This document shows, in pieces, positions 1-9,270 of a stretch of DNA of 64,000 bases. The stretch lies in IMG/VR virus record IMGVR_UViG_3300028815_000061, positions 7,032 to 71,031 of that record; one strand, written 5' to 3'. The first letter of the stretch is position 1, and every line of letters starts with the position of its first letter. The notes under the pieces were generated by a model. The model searched no databases, had not been told where the DNA came from, and worked only from the letters and a program-made list of their open reading frames with translations. This DNA comes from a virus. The translations under genes were made by a program, and so were the position numbers.

Positions 1-84
1 ACTAGACCTAATCAAAGTAACTGGACGTCAACAGCATATGCCACACGTGTTGGAGGGCTTGGCCGGTCCAAAAGAAGGACTATC

Positions 85-894
85 ATGAATTTGCCATATC
101 CGATGTCAAATACTCTGGTCAGCAACTTGAGATGGATTCATCTCGACCGGCCAATATTCGATCGCATCGAGCTATCCTGGGCATGCGCCTTGTTCAGATC
201 ATTCGTGCGAGAATTTCCAGTAGACTTTAGCGATGTCGATCATCTAAAGCATGCCACGAGAGAAGATATCTCCAGGGCAGTGGACAAGTTGTCGAAGTAC
301 TACGATGCCGAACTTGGATACAGGCCAACAAGATCGAAAACTTTGATAGATATGGCAGACTTTATACGCGATGGGGCCAGATACGACATGCGTGTCATTA
401 CTGGATCTGATACGGTCAATTCGGCCATGAAGAAATCGGTTGACATTCACAGGGGAATGGCCAGGCAGGATGACATATATCGCATGCTAAACGCATACAA
501 AGCTCAACAAATCGATCCAAGCACCGAAACAAAGAAGCCACCGATCGATTTACTGGACGATGACTGCATTAGGTTCTTGTCCACGGTAGAGGAGGTGTGG
601 GCGGAAGGTGCGCTAATGAATCACTGCATAGACTCCTACGCAGACAGTGCGGTACGTGGTTTCTACTACATCTTTCACATTGATTACCAAGGAGAGAGTG
701 CGACAGCAGCGGTAGAGAATAGCGGCCGATATGTCCAGTGCCTTGGGCCATACAATCGAGTAAACAAGGCGTCTGAGTATGGCCAGGCAGTGCTAAGTAG
801 ATGGATGAAGGGGTTCGCTCACCCACCTAGCTCTGTCAACTTTAACACACACTGGGTAGAGGATGCGGCTCTAGCATTACCACAAGGAGTGTAA
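85..894 (+). CDS. PcfJ-like domain protein
   Basis: C-terminal EGALMNHCIDSY...YIFHI...AT...VQCLGPYN matches the PcfJ EGxxMxHCVxSY pattern; SD AAGGA. Confidence 0.75.
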   Translation: MNLPYPMSNTLVSNLRWIHLDRPIFDRIELSWACALFRSFVREFPVDFSDVDHLKHATREDISRAVDKLSKYYDAELGYRPTRSKTLIDMADFIRDGARYDMRVITGSDTVNSAMKKSVDIHRGMARQDDIYRMLNAYKAQQIDPSTETKKPPIDLLDDDCIRFLSTVEEVWAEGALMNHCIDSYADSAVRGFYYIFHIDYQGESATAAVENSGRYVQCLGPYNRVNKASEYGQAVLSRWMKGFAHPPSSVNFNTHWVEDAALALPQGV

Positions 895-900
895 CATTAC

Positions 901-1161
901 ATGGAAAAGATAAAGACATTGAGCAATAGCCAGAGAGCGGCACTTAATACACGTAAGTTTAAGTACCAATGCAAGGACGATGGTAGCAATTGGGAATGGT
1001 ACGACATTAGTAATCCTGATGGATTGGTCAGGATGTACAACCGTTTGTATGCCGCATACATAAAACCAAATGACATCGTCCAGGCTATGAAGAAGGGCTT
1101 GGAAGCAAGGACACCATTCGCACGGTTCCGGGCAGTTCCTATTGACGGAGAAAAAAGCTAG
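901..1161 (+). CDS. Hypothetical protein
   Basis: 86-aa ORF with AGGAG upstream, tightly packed. Confidence 0.7.
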   Translation: MEKIKTLSNSQRAALNTRKFKYQCKDDGSNWEWYDISNPDGLVRMYNRLYAAYIKPNDIVQAMKKGLEARTPFARFRAVPIDGEKS

Positions 1162-2077
1162 TGCTAGTATCTTTGATGGGCACGGCGTAAAGGAGAATAG
1201 TGTGAGTCAACTTCTGGAGTTTCCTGGATGGGATGCTCCGTCCCAAAATTGGTCAAAGCTACCGCATGCTTTCATCGATCTAATATCGAGGATGAAAGAG
1301 AGCGAGCTAAAGGTAACCCTGTATATCCTCCGTCACACATGGGGATATGGTAATTACGGGGACTATCAATTCATGACAACGGATGAGATCATGAACGGCC
1401 GGTTCATGAAGGGTGGGAGTCGAATTGATTCTGGTACAGGCCTATCTAAGAACTCTGTTATCTCGGGAATTAGAGCAGGTATTGAACGTAAAACCCTGGA
1501 AGAGGTAGTAATAGATAAGGATCAATCAAGAATCCGTAAGGGTTATAGATTAAAAGCAAAACCAGAACAGGACCCGGGGTTCAAAATTTGCACCTCTGGG
1601 GTTCAAAATTTGAACATCGATCACAATAAAGATACCTATAAAGAAAAAGAAGATCCTCAGCCTTCGGCTGATGAGGGAGAGCAGAAACCAAAGAAAGATA
1701 GCAAGCCCAGTATCCTTGCTGTTTACAATTCCAGGATGGAGGACAAGTTTCATGAACTGACTAACTTGCCACTTCCAAAACGTATTACGGCTGCGGATCG
1801 CAAGGCGGCAGGAGCACGATGGAACAGGCCCTTATGGGAAATCTATGACATGTTCCGCCCGGATGAGGAGAGGTTAAACATTGAAGTCAAACGTGTATAC
1901 GAGGAAGAGACTCTTGACAATGCACTTGCCCTAATCGAGCTTGCCGTGAGCAGAATGAGGAACGAGAAACTAACAATGGATTCACCGGCAAGTATTATCA
2001 AAGTCGCTCGATCTATCTATGCAAACGAATTCGTCAATGCAGCAACGTCCAGCGACTTTTGGGAAAAGCATCTATGA
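1142..2077 (+). CDS. Phage replication initiator (lambda O-like N-terminal winged helix)
   Basis: NWSKLPHAFID..M..SELKVTLYILRHTWGY...TGLSKNSV; internal iterons; lies upstream of primase and helicase. Confidence 0.8.
   Translation: MTEKKASASIFDGHGVKENSVSQLLEFPGWDAPSQNWSKLPHAFIDLISRMKESELKVTLYILRHTWGYGNYGDYQFMTTDEIMNGRFMKGGSRIDSGTGLSKNSVISGIRAGIERKTLEEVVIDKDQSRIRKGYRLKAKPEQDPGFKICTSGVQNLNIDHNKDTYKEKEDPQPSADEGEQKPKKDSKPSILAVYNSRMEDKFHELTNLPLPKRITAADRKAAGARWNRPLWEIYDMFRPDEERLNIEVKRVYEEETLDNALALIELAVSRMRNEKLTMDSPASIIKVARSIYANEFVNAATSSDFWEKHL
1576..1655. repeat. Putative replication origin: two iterons plus A-rich tract
   Basis: GGGGTTCAAAATTTG at 1576-1590 and 1598-1612 (22-bp period), followed by an A-rich stretch, inside the initiator gene. 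Confidence 0.7.
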
Positions 2078-2373
2078 GTGGACTAAGTAGCAGGTTTATC
2101 ATGTACAAGGAAATGGAGGGCGAGGACACAACCAATCGACCAACCATCTACGAAGGAAGAAAGTATCACGATCTCATCGAAGAAATGCTGTCCGATGAAG
2201 ATTTTGTCAGGGAGAGATTACCTGATGCCGTGGTCCAGGCAATGATTGTGGCGCGGGACACATTGTGCTGGACATTAGGACATGACAGCAATGAGAGCTT
2301 TCCAATAAATCTTAACAAGTGGGCGAATGACTTTACCGACTTCAGGGGTTTAGAGGATATATACGATAACTAG
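2074..2373 (+). CDS. Hypothetical protein
   Basis: ATGA overlap with the initiator stop codon. Confidence 0.7.
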   Translation: MSGLSSRFIMYKEMEGEDTTNRPTIYEGRKYHDLIEEMLSDEDFVRERLPDAVVQAMIVARDTLCWTLGHDSNESFPINLNKWANDFTDFRGLEDIYDN

Positions 2374-2387
2374 CAGGAGTGTGAGTC

Positions 2388-3431
2388 ATGAGAGACAGGC
2401 CTTTACCATCGGAGTTAGCTGCGGTATGGGGACATAATGCCGACCTTGCATACCGTGGTAATGATGAGTGGTCATCGGCTTGCCCACGCTGCAACCCGGC
2501 CGGGCGGGGAGGGAACGATCCGTCCGACCGGTTTCGCATGTTCAATCGCGACGGTCCACCTAGAGGCTGGTGCCGCTCATGTGATATCAAGCTGTTTGCC
2601 AACGCAGATCCCAGAAGGAAATACAGCGACGGGGAAATTGAACAGGCCAGGGCAAGCCATTACAAGTGGTTACAGGAAGAGAACAAGCGACTACGTTCCA
2701 AGATACGCTGGCTGAAAGAGCAAGACTTCTGGCGTCGATGGCATGAGGACATGGGCGAAGAAGCTAGGGAAATCTGGCACAAGGCCGGGATAAGTGACAC
2801 GCTAATCGAAGTTCACAAACTTGGTTACACGATCGATAGGTACGCGGCAAATGGTGGGGCCTTGTCTATTCCCTATATCCATTACGTGGATGGCTCGCTC
2901 GATCTGCAGACCATCCAGTTTAGATTACTGGTACCTCCAGACAAAGGAGACAAGTACAGGTTCTTCAAAGGCACAAAGGCCAACTGGTTTTACCCATGGC
3001 CACACGACACCATTAAAGATGTCGTCCTCGTTACAGAGGGTGCTAAGAAATCCATGGTGCTCTGGCAAACAATTGCCAATCTAAGCAAGTTTACCTATCG
3101 TGGGGTTGACATCACGGTCGTAGCCTCGCCAAGTAAATATGTGCCAGGTAGCATGCTAGAAGAGTTGGGCCAGGCGGAGCTAGTCATCTGGATGCTGGAC
3201 CCGGACGCCTACGATAGGCCGCAACCAGGCAAGGAAACGGTTATCGAGCGCAATGCCAGTATTGTCGGGGAAGAGAAATGTAGACACGTTAAAACAATGG
3301 GCAAGATCGACGACATGATCTTGAATAGTTCATATGGCATTGATGGACACTGGATACAAAGCGTCGTCGAACAGGCCGAGCCGGTCATACCTTATAACCC
3401 GAATCGTCGGCCGACAACCAGGTACTTGTAG
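2388..3431 (+). CDS. DNA primase (Zn ribbon + TOPRIM)
   Basis: CPRC...DRF...WCRSC zinc ribbon; TOPRIM VLVTEG and LDPD (DxD); SD AGGAG. Confidence 0.85.
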   Translation: MRDRPLPSELAAVWGHNADLAYRGNDEWSSACPRCNPAGRGGNDPSDRFRMFNRDGPPRGWCRSCDIKLFANADPRRKYSDGEIEQARASHYKWLQEENKRLRSKIRWLKEQDFWRRWHEDMGEEAREIWHKAGISDTLIEVHKLGYTIDRYAANGGALSIPYIHYVDGSLDLQTIQFRLLVPPDKGDKYRFFKGTKANWFYPWPHDTIKDVVLVTEGAKKSMVLWQTIANLSKFTYRGVDITVVASPSKYVPGSMLEELGQAELVIWMLDPDAYDRPQPGKETVIERNASIVGEEKCRHVKTMGKIDDMILNSSYGIDGHWIQSVVEQAEPVIPYNPNRRPTTRYL

Positions 3432-3439
3432 GAGGTACA

Positions 3440-3802
3440 ATGAAACTACATTTCACTAATCATGAGGCTGTCGACATTGCATACGAGGCCCTTGAAAAAG
3501 CGACGATAGCGTACGTTGATGCACAGGTTAATTTGTTTGGGGCACAATCGGCGCTTGATGCTTCGGAAAAGAACTACATTGCCCTTGACAAGGTCAAAGG
3601 CAACAACGCAGAGCAACGTAAAGCCAATCTATATACGCAATTGTCGCACCATCACGGCAGGGTATATGCCGCACAAAAGGGACTCTTGAAAGCACAGCTA
3701 GACTACGACCTGGCCAAGCTGCAGATTGCTAAGATCAAATTACATCTACAGCTACAGGGCCAGATGATCGAGGTCGAGAATATGTTGTCGCACGTGTCCT
3801 GA
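3440..3802 (+). CDS. Hypothetical coiled-coil protein
   Basis: SD GGAGG; helical heptad-like sequence. Confidence 0.7.
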   Translation: MKLHFTNHEAVDIAYEALEKATIAYVDAQVNLFGAQSALDASEKNYIALDKVKGNNAEQRKANLYTQLSHHHGRVYAAQKGLLKAQLDYDLAKLQIAKIKLHLQLQGQMIEVENMLSHVS

Positions 3803-3826
3803 CAAGGGCATGTTTATCTCCTTGAT

Positions 3827-3853
3827 GAGGGGTTGTTGTGTAGGCAACCCCTC
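3827..3853 (+). promoter_or_regulatory. Stem-loop upstream of helicase start
   Basis: GAGGGGTTG...CAACCCCTC inverted repeat. Confidence 0.45.
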
Positions 3854-3862
3854 CATATTCCT

Positions 3863-4876
3863 ATGGCTAATATAAATACGATCAAGTTAGACGACACAGA
3901 GGAAATAGCGCTAGAGAAGTTTGTCCACACCCCATATCAATCTGGCCAGGCGCTAATCAAATTGGCAGAGCAATTGTACGGTACTGAAGGTATCTCCTTG
4001 GGCACTCCATTGCTTGATTACTTTATCCCACCGACCAGGCCGCACTGGACCAGGGTAATGATCGCCAGGCCCGGCGAACTCAAGTCAACCTGGCTGCGCA
4101 TCATGGCAAAGATCGAGGCACAAAAGAACAATGACAATGGGTGGAACGATAAGTGTGTGGTTATCGTGACCTACGAGGCAGGGATAGATACACAAGAACT
4201 GTACTTCACTGACCTGGATAAGGAAAAATTCTGGAAGGGCATGCTTGAGCCAGAGACAGTACAGGTTTCTGTCAACAGGCGTCAGGAATTAAAAATCTTT
4301 TGGATTGGCGAATCGTCACTAAAGACATCCGTCACTGACGCACGTATGTCACCCAATATGGTGATGGCAGGTATCAGCGCAATCAAGAAAGCGTACGGCA
4401 TGGCACCAAGCCTCGTGCTTTGGGATTACATTCAAGAGACTCAGGTAGATCGTGCCTCACTGGACAGGAAGCAAAAGATCATAGACGCGATGGGTGATGT
4501 TATCCGCATGTGCGACTTGCTTGCTATCCCATTCGAGGTAGCAAGCCAAGCCAAACAAACTAGCTTAGAACGCTTGCCGTGGCCAATACCAGAAAAAGGC
4601 GATAGCGAGTACAGCTTCTATCCAGAGCAGAAGGGTAGCACGGCCGTTGGATCGTGGCGTGTATGGGAAACCCACCGTGACAATGAGAATGTTCAGAGGA
4701 ACGGGATTAAATTACAGGGGTGGAAAGAACCATTCGAGATGCACCCGAACCTGACCATACTCAGGTCGAGTAAGGCCAGATACGGGAAGCAACGCATGGC
4801 AGTCCCCGCCCTGGTGGATCCGGTAGCGATGACTGTGAGTGATTTACCGAAGGCCAGATGGCAACTTGAGAGGTGA
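3863..4876 (+). CDS. DnaB-like (SF4) replicative helicase, C-terminal domain only
   Basis: ARPGELKST (Walker A variant), LVLWDYIQ (Walker B), ASQ motif, KARYG arginine finger. Confidence 0.8.
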   Translation: MANINTIKLDDTEEIALEKFVHTPYQSGQALIKLAEQLYGTEGISLGTPLLDYFIPPTRPHWTRVMIARPGELKSTWLRIMAKIEAQKNNDNGWNDKCVVIVTYEAGIDTQELYFTDLDKEKFWKGMLEPETVQVSVNRRQELKIFWIGESSLKTSVTDARMSPNMVMAGISAIKKAYGMAPSLVLWDYIQETQVDRASLDRKQKIIDAMGDVIRMCDLLAIPFEVASQAKQTSLERLPWPIPEKGDSEYSFYPEQKGSTAVGSWRVWETHRDNENVQRNGIKLQGWKEPFEMHPNLTILRSSKARYGKQRMAVPALVDPVAMTVSDLPKARWQLER

Positions 4877-4880
4877 TAGT

Positions 4881-5384
4881 ATGTATCATTACGACGATTA
4901 CGACGATTACTACGACGACAGTGATTATGACATGCGCACGTACAACCAGAAGGTGCGTGACGACAACACCTGGCAAAAAGACAATGGATTACTAGAATTC
5001 GACGGCGAACCTTTTTTGCAATGGTGCGAAGAATGCAAGCGTGTAGTAACGGTTCGCGAGGTCGAGGGTAGCACAGTATTTGATAGGTATAGCTACATTT
5101 ACTGTAACTTCTGTGGAGTGGGAGAGGATCAACTTAGAGCCCCAACTAACGAGGAGTTAGAATCTTATGATCCAAATACACCCCCGGACAACTGTATGGA
5201 TTGCAAAATCAAAGCAAAGGATGTGCCTGATCCAAGAAACTTTAGACTTTATCGAATACCTAGACTCGATATGTGGGTATGCTTCGAGTGTTTTTTACGA
5301 GTCGAGAACATCCAGACATCTGGCCCCATATCCCCGGAAGAGGAACTTAAACGAGCAGCATTAGATCATAGTGGCAGACCATAA
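4881..5384 (+). CDS. Hypothetical protein with four CxxC pairs and acidic D/Y-rich N-terminus
   Basis: CEEC, CNFC, CMDC, CFEC; SD GAGGTG. Confidence 0.7.
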   Translation: MYHYDDYDDYYDDSDYDMRTYNQKVRDDNTWQKDNGLLEFDGEPFLQWCEECKRVVTVREVEGSTVFDRYSYIYCNFCGVGEDQLRAPTNEELESYDPNTPPDNCMDCKIKAKDVPDPRNFRLYRIPRLDMWVCFECFLRVENIQTSGPISPEEELKRAALDHSGRP

Positions 5385-5395
5385 TAGGAGATACA

Positions 5396-5974
5396 GTGAA
5401 CAAGATAATTTTCTTTTTAGTACTAGCGATTTTGCTATTGGCAATTGGCGCTCCAATTCAAGCACAGGAACAAACACCAGAAGTCAAGCCAGGTATGGTG
5501 TACTACGGCCAGATCGATCCTGATCCTGGACCAGTGCCACTGTACGCGCCGGACAGCCCAAATTGGGAGCCAGGGCAACCAATCCCTTATTCCTGGTCTA
5601 ACATAGCATTGTACCTGTGGTGGCCAAACTCATTCACCGCAAGGGCGAAAGATTGGAAGTGTTTAGCAAAGGCACGGAACCTTGAGGATTTGAAATCATA
5701 CACACTGGAGTTTCAAGACTCATCTATCCCGACAAGTCTTGAGCACAGATATATGTTGGCCATATTTAACTTCACCTACTTGCCAAGGGATACGTCCAGG
5801 TGGACCCTCTACGACGGTTCGTGTTTCGTTCTTAACCGGAGCGGCAGTGTCATGTACACGGCCGAGATCGGGTTTCTGCCGTGGACTGTTACGCTGGAAA
5901 AAGGACATGAGGTTTTCCTTCCAAGTTTGAAGGGAGGATTCCATTACGTGATTGCTGGCAATGAACAAGAATAA
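5396..5974 (+). CDS. Secreted protein with signal peptide
   Basis: MNKIIFFLVLAILLLAIGAPIQA signal; C-terminal EVFLPSLK; SD AGGAG. Confidence 0.75.
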   Translation: MNKIIFFLVLAILLLAIGAPIQAQEQTPEVKPGMVYYGQIDPDPGPVPLYAPDSPNWEPGQPIPYSWSNIALYLWWPNSFTARAKDWKCLAKARNLEDLKSYTLEFQDSSIPTSLEHRYMLAIFNFTYLPRDTSRWTLYDGSCFVLNRSGSVMYTAEIGFLPWTVTLEKGHEVFLPSLKGGFHYVIAGNEQE

Positions 5975-6167
5975 CCAACTACCTCTTGGAACGAAAGTGT
6001 ACCTGAAGAACGGCCACGTGTGGCGAGGAAAAAAGGCAGAGATTATCGGGTACTCTGACAGTAGGCTTGGCCCATACTATGTGCTATGGGTAGAGGTTAC
6101 CGATACGAAACGCAAGGCCGGAGGCCTATTCGTCAACGATACAGATAAGTACGAGGTGGTAGAGTAA
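5961..6167 (+). CDS. Small KOW/SH3-like protein
   Basis: LPLGTKVYLKNG..WRGKKAEIIG pattern. Confidence 0.5.
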   Translation: MNKNNQLPLGTKVYLKNGHVWRGKKAEIIGYSDSRLGPYYVLWVEVTDTKRKAGGLFVNDTDKYEVVE

Positions 6168-6169
6168 CA

Positions 6170-6592
6170 ATGCCTCAAGTAGATACAATCTTAGAATACA
6201 AGGGTTATCCGTCACACAGATTCATGAGCAAGTGCCGCATACGTATTTGGATATACGGCCGTGTGGAATTGTCTGCACTTGTTATTATGAGTGACATGGC
6301 AGAACCAGGCTCATGGAACCTATCGGTTACAAATGGCAGTGATAGAATCGCGACCACGGTCGTCGAGACAATCCTTATGCCAAAGTACAAGATAGAACCA
6401 GGCCGCGTGATATGGGTAGAGCACTACGAACATGATGGCGAAAATGCTCGCGATCCGATTAGGCGCACCTCGTACGATACCGTGACCTACAAGTGGCAAC
6501 AGGTAAACGGCCACAACTACCAGGCAACAGGCCCATCGTGGCAAAGAGTGACCAGACAATGGATCGAAGAGTTGATCAAGGAGACGATATGA
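6170..6592 (+). CDS. Hypothetical protein
   Basis: 140-aa ORF packed in the + strand operon. Confidence 0.7.
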   Translation: MPQVDTILEYKGYPSHRFMSKCRIRIWIYGRVELSALVIMSDMAEPGSWNLSVTNGSDRIATTVVETILMPKYKIEPGRVIWVEHYEHDGENARDPIRRTSYDTVTYKWQQVNGHNYQATGPSWQRVTRQWIEELIKETI

Positions 6593-6852
6593 GTGTAGCA
6601 GAAAACGAGATAGTCCAGTACGTGACGATAGCCGCAGATGACTTCGTCGAGCTTGAAAATCTAGCTGTAGATGCGCGTATCCTTAAACCGCTATTCAAGC
6701 GCCTTCAGGAACTCGTGCAAAATAATCAGGCGTTCTTCGGCGACCCGCCTGCAGGCGTCCATGCTGCAGTAATTGCGGTAAACAAGCTGGAGGACCTGGT
6801 TGAATTCTACAACTACAAACACGAAATGGACACAGAGCGGCCCAAGGCCTAA
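6589..6852 (+). CDS. Hypothetical protein
   Basis: ATGA overlap, SD AGGAG. Confidence 0.7.
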   Translation: MSVAENEIVQYVTIAADDFVELENLAVDARILKPLFKRLQELVQNNQAFFGDPPAGVHAAVIAVNKLEDLVEFYNYKHEMDTERPKA

Positions 6853-6864
6853 GATAACGCGGGC

Positions 6865-7119
6865 GTGATGTTTGTTCGTATGCTACCAGTCAATCGCTGC
6901 CCCATATGCCCCGTATGTGGAGTGCTCGTGAGAGAGTTTGCGATTGTCGGTAGTGATGCACCTGGTCACCCAGAATCCCCGGCTTTTTGGCCACCGGGTG
7001 ACCGGGTGCTTGTACATCAGAGGGGTGCATGGTGCCATTTCAGAATAGGCCCTATGCACAAATTGGCCTACCTAACTAAATTGGCCGTTGTTCCTGGCTT
7101 GACCAGAAACGGAGGGTAA
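6865..7119 (+). CDS. Hypothetical protein (doubtful)
   Basis: Fills a gap in the operon, CPVC motif, no clear SD. Confidence 0.35.
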   Translation: MMFVRMLPVNRCPICPVCGVLVREFAIVGSDAPGHPESPAFWPPGDRVLVHQRGAWCHFRIGPMHKLAYLTKLAVVPGLTRNGG

Positions 7120-7140
7120 CATGCTGTTACGGAGTTTTAT

Positions 7141-7488
7141 ATGGATTGCCAGTACAAATCATTCAAGACGGCCCTTGAACACTTGCGCAAGGCATATTTT
7201 GGGCGCAAGCTAAGTTATAGGGAAATGGCAGAGTTACTCACGGCATATAGCGGTAGAGAAATAAATAAGTCCCACGTTTGGAATGCCAGGTATAGATCCA
7301 AGCGTTGCCCAAAGGATATCAGGGCGGGCCTTGAAAACATAGGCCTGCTACAATGCAGGCCAAAGCGTTGGCGATTTTTCTTTGAAGTTGACGAGGAGGA
7401 ATATTCAGTGATAGAGCAATGGTTACAGGTGAAGAACATCACTTTCACCCAGTATATGAAAGAGAGAGGTGGTCCATGGGTGGTGTAA
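7141..7488 (+). CDS. Putative HTH DNA-binding protein
   Basis: LSYREMAELL....EINKSHVW helix-turn-helix pattern; SD GGAG. Confidence 0.6.
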   Translation: MDCQYKSFKTALEHLRKAYFGRKLSYREMAELLTAYSGREINKSHVWNARYRSKRCPKDIRAGLENIGLLQCRPKRWRFFFEVDEEEYSVIEQWLQVKNITFTQYMKERGGPWVV

Positions 7489-7988
7489 GGTGGACAGAAG
7501 ATGAGTTAGCAAGGTACCTTCAAAGGCACCCTGACGCTGCAGACGTGCAGACTGCCAGGTTTATCAATGCAGTCAACTCGGGTATGAGCCTTGCACAAGC
7601 AGTCGATAACTTCAGTAAGGCAATGGAACCGCACGCTAGGATATTGGCCATTGAGGACGGAGATGAGCCAGGACCAGACTTCAAGTCAAAGACTGAGGAG
7701 CGCGCCTGGCAGGAGTGGGTACCTACGACAAATTGCGTAGGAGCATACTATGAGCCTTTCAGGGTGTATCTGAATAGCGGATCTTATCGGCCGGACATCG
7801 TGCTCCGCATGCCTGACCGGGAGCTATGGCTAATCGAGGTCAAGGGATCTTGGAATGCCTACCAGTCCGGCCGGTCGAGTAAGAAGTCGTTGCTTGAAGC
7901 GGCGAAAATGTATTGGTGGTTAGGACGTTGGTTCTCCCTCCTCCCAGAGAAGAAGGGTGGGGGGTGGAACCTGGAGGAAATAAAGTGA
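7476..7988 (+). CDS. PD-(D/E)xK endonuclease (DUF1064-like, possible resolvase)
   Basis: FKSKTE...YEP...YRPDIV...IEVKG. Confidence 0.75.
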   Translation: MGGVRWTEDELARYLQRHPDAADVQTARFINAVNSGMSLAQAVDNFSKAMEPHARILAIEDGDEPGPDFKSKTEERAWQEWVPTTNCVGAYYEPFRVYLNSGSYRPDIVLRMPDRELWLIEVKGSWNAYQSGRSSKKSLLEAAKMYWWLGRWFSLLPEKKGGGWNLEEIK

Positions 7989-7992
7989 CACG

Positions 7993-8208
7993 TTGGTTAA
8001 GTCTCCGTTTACTGACGACTGGTCCCCCGGCAAACTGTACAGGGTATCGCTCAATGGTGATCACATAGGCGCTGCCTCTTACGGTTTCCGGGGGAGTAGT
8101 CGATCACAAGAAAGATACTTCAAGGATCAGGAAGCGATAGACGCATACATTGGAGAGTTGTGGCTTAATGGCCTCGACGATATAACAATTGAGGAAATGA
8201 AAGAATGA
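7993..8208 (+). CDS. Hypothetical protein
   Basis: Packed ORF, ATGA overlap with next gene. Confidence 0.55.
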   Translation: MVKSPFTDDWSPGKLYRVSLNGDHIGAASYGFRGSSRSQERYFKDQEAIDAYIGELWLNGLDDITIEEMKE

Positions 8209-8516
8209 GACCCTTAGATTTTCCAGAAGCAAATATAACATTAAAAGCACCAGACGTGGACAATATTGAAATACTCGATCTTAGGGTATGGTCCGACAGT
8301 CACCAGTGCGTTTCGTTGTGGAAGCCGACGCTCAGGGAAAGGTTGTCGATCCTATTGTTCGGTCGTGTATGGCTCGCGCTACTGAGCGGATCATCACAAC
8401 CGCCAGCGTACATCTCGGGGCATAGAACTTATTTTATCCCTCGTGAAGAGATGGTCCGACAGTCACCAGTGCGTTTCGTTGTGGAAGATGACGCTCTAGG
8501 AGACCAGAAACAATGA
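8205..8516 (+). CDS. Hypothetical phage protein
   Basis: ATGA overlaps at both ends. Confidence 0.7.
   Translation: MRPLDFPEANITLKAPDVDNIEILDLRVWSDSHQCVSLWKPTLRERLSILLFGRVWLALLSGSSQPPAYISGHRTYFIPREEMVRQSPVRFVVEDDALGDQKQ
8288..8487 (+). repeat. 37-bp exact direct repeat, two copies
   Basis: ATGGTCCGACAGTCACCAGTGCGTTTCGTTGTGGAAG at 8288-8324 and 8451-8487. Confidence 0.95.
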
Positions 8517-8767
8517 AAGTTCACATTGAAACTACCATAATCAAGCAAAGCGTAGAGGACTACAAAGCTGGCCTGGGACCTGTTGGCCCAGCAGTCGAGG
8601 CTGACGTGATATTGACATATGCTGTTGGTGGATATTGCCGGATAATCGTGCTAACGCATGGAGACAGGATGCCAGCCATGGTTTTCGACGTGGACGCAGG
8701 CGAGATTGCATCCGCCGCTAACGCAATCCTAGACATTGCCAAGCACAGTGGGCACTTCAATGGATAA
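8513..8767 (+). CDS. Hypothetical protein
   Basis: SD AGGAG, ATGA overlap. Confidence 0.65.
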   Translation: MKVHIETTIIKQSVEDYKAGLGPVGPAVEADVILTYAVGGYCRIIVLTHGDRMPAMVFDVDAGEIASAANAILDIAKHSGHFNG

Positions 8768-9032
8768 TGCACGTGTGATACCTGATTGCCCAGAATGCGA
8801 TGGCGAAGGCGATGTCATGGTCGGCATATGGCCTCATCCTAATCCATATGACTACAGCAGTTATGATGAAGTGTGGGAACCATGCCCGGTTTGCGCTGGT
8901 AAAATTGGCTATGCTTATTACTCGCAAGTTTCGTGGGAACGGTGTGTGCACTGCGGTAGAGTTTGTTACGGTATTTGCGACTGTAGGTCTGAGATAGTAA
9001 GGGTAGAGCGAATAACCTCATACTTAATCTAA
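8760..9032 (+). CDS. Zinc-finger protein (DnaJ-type CxxCxGxG)
   Basis: CPECDGEG, CPVCAG and further Cys pairs. Confidence 0.6.
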   Translation: MDNARVIPDCPECDGEGDVMVGIWPHPNPYDYSSYDEVWEPCPVCAGKIGYAYYSQVSWERCVHCGRVCYGICDCRSEIVRVERITSYLI

Positions 9033-9054
9033 TAAGGATTAGCTAAAGTAAACT

Positions 9055-9270
9055 ATGAAGTGGATTGTAAGGCAAGAAACTAAATATCTGGAGCTCGATC
9101 ACGATGCGTTCGCGATACCTGGTGCTATCACGTTCTTTTCTCCGGCAAGCCCGGAAGAGGGATTCTACGACGATCGCGAGCTTAGGCCAGAAGAAGTAGC
9201 AGAGATACTGACAAGACTGGATGAAGTGTACACAATGATAAAGAGGTGGAATAATGCAAGAGCCGAATGA
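9055..9270 (+). CDS. Hypothetical protein
   Basis: Packed ORF. Confidence 0.6.
   Translation: MKWIVRQETKYLELDHDAFAIPGAITFFSPASPEEGFYDDRELRPEEVAEILTRLDEVYTMIKRWNNARAE

Noticed and set aside
8288-8487. 37-bp repeats as a mini-CRISPR array or DGR template/variable pair
   Set aside because: Only two copies with a 126-bp gap inside a coding gene; no cas or reverse transcriptase gene; no adenine-specific differences
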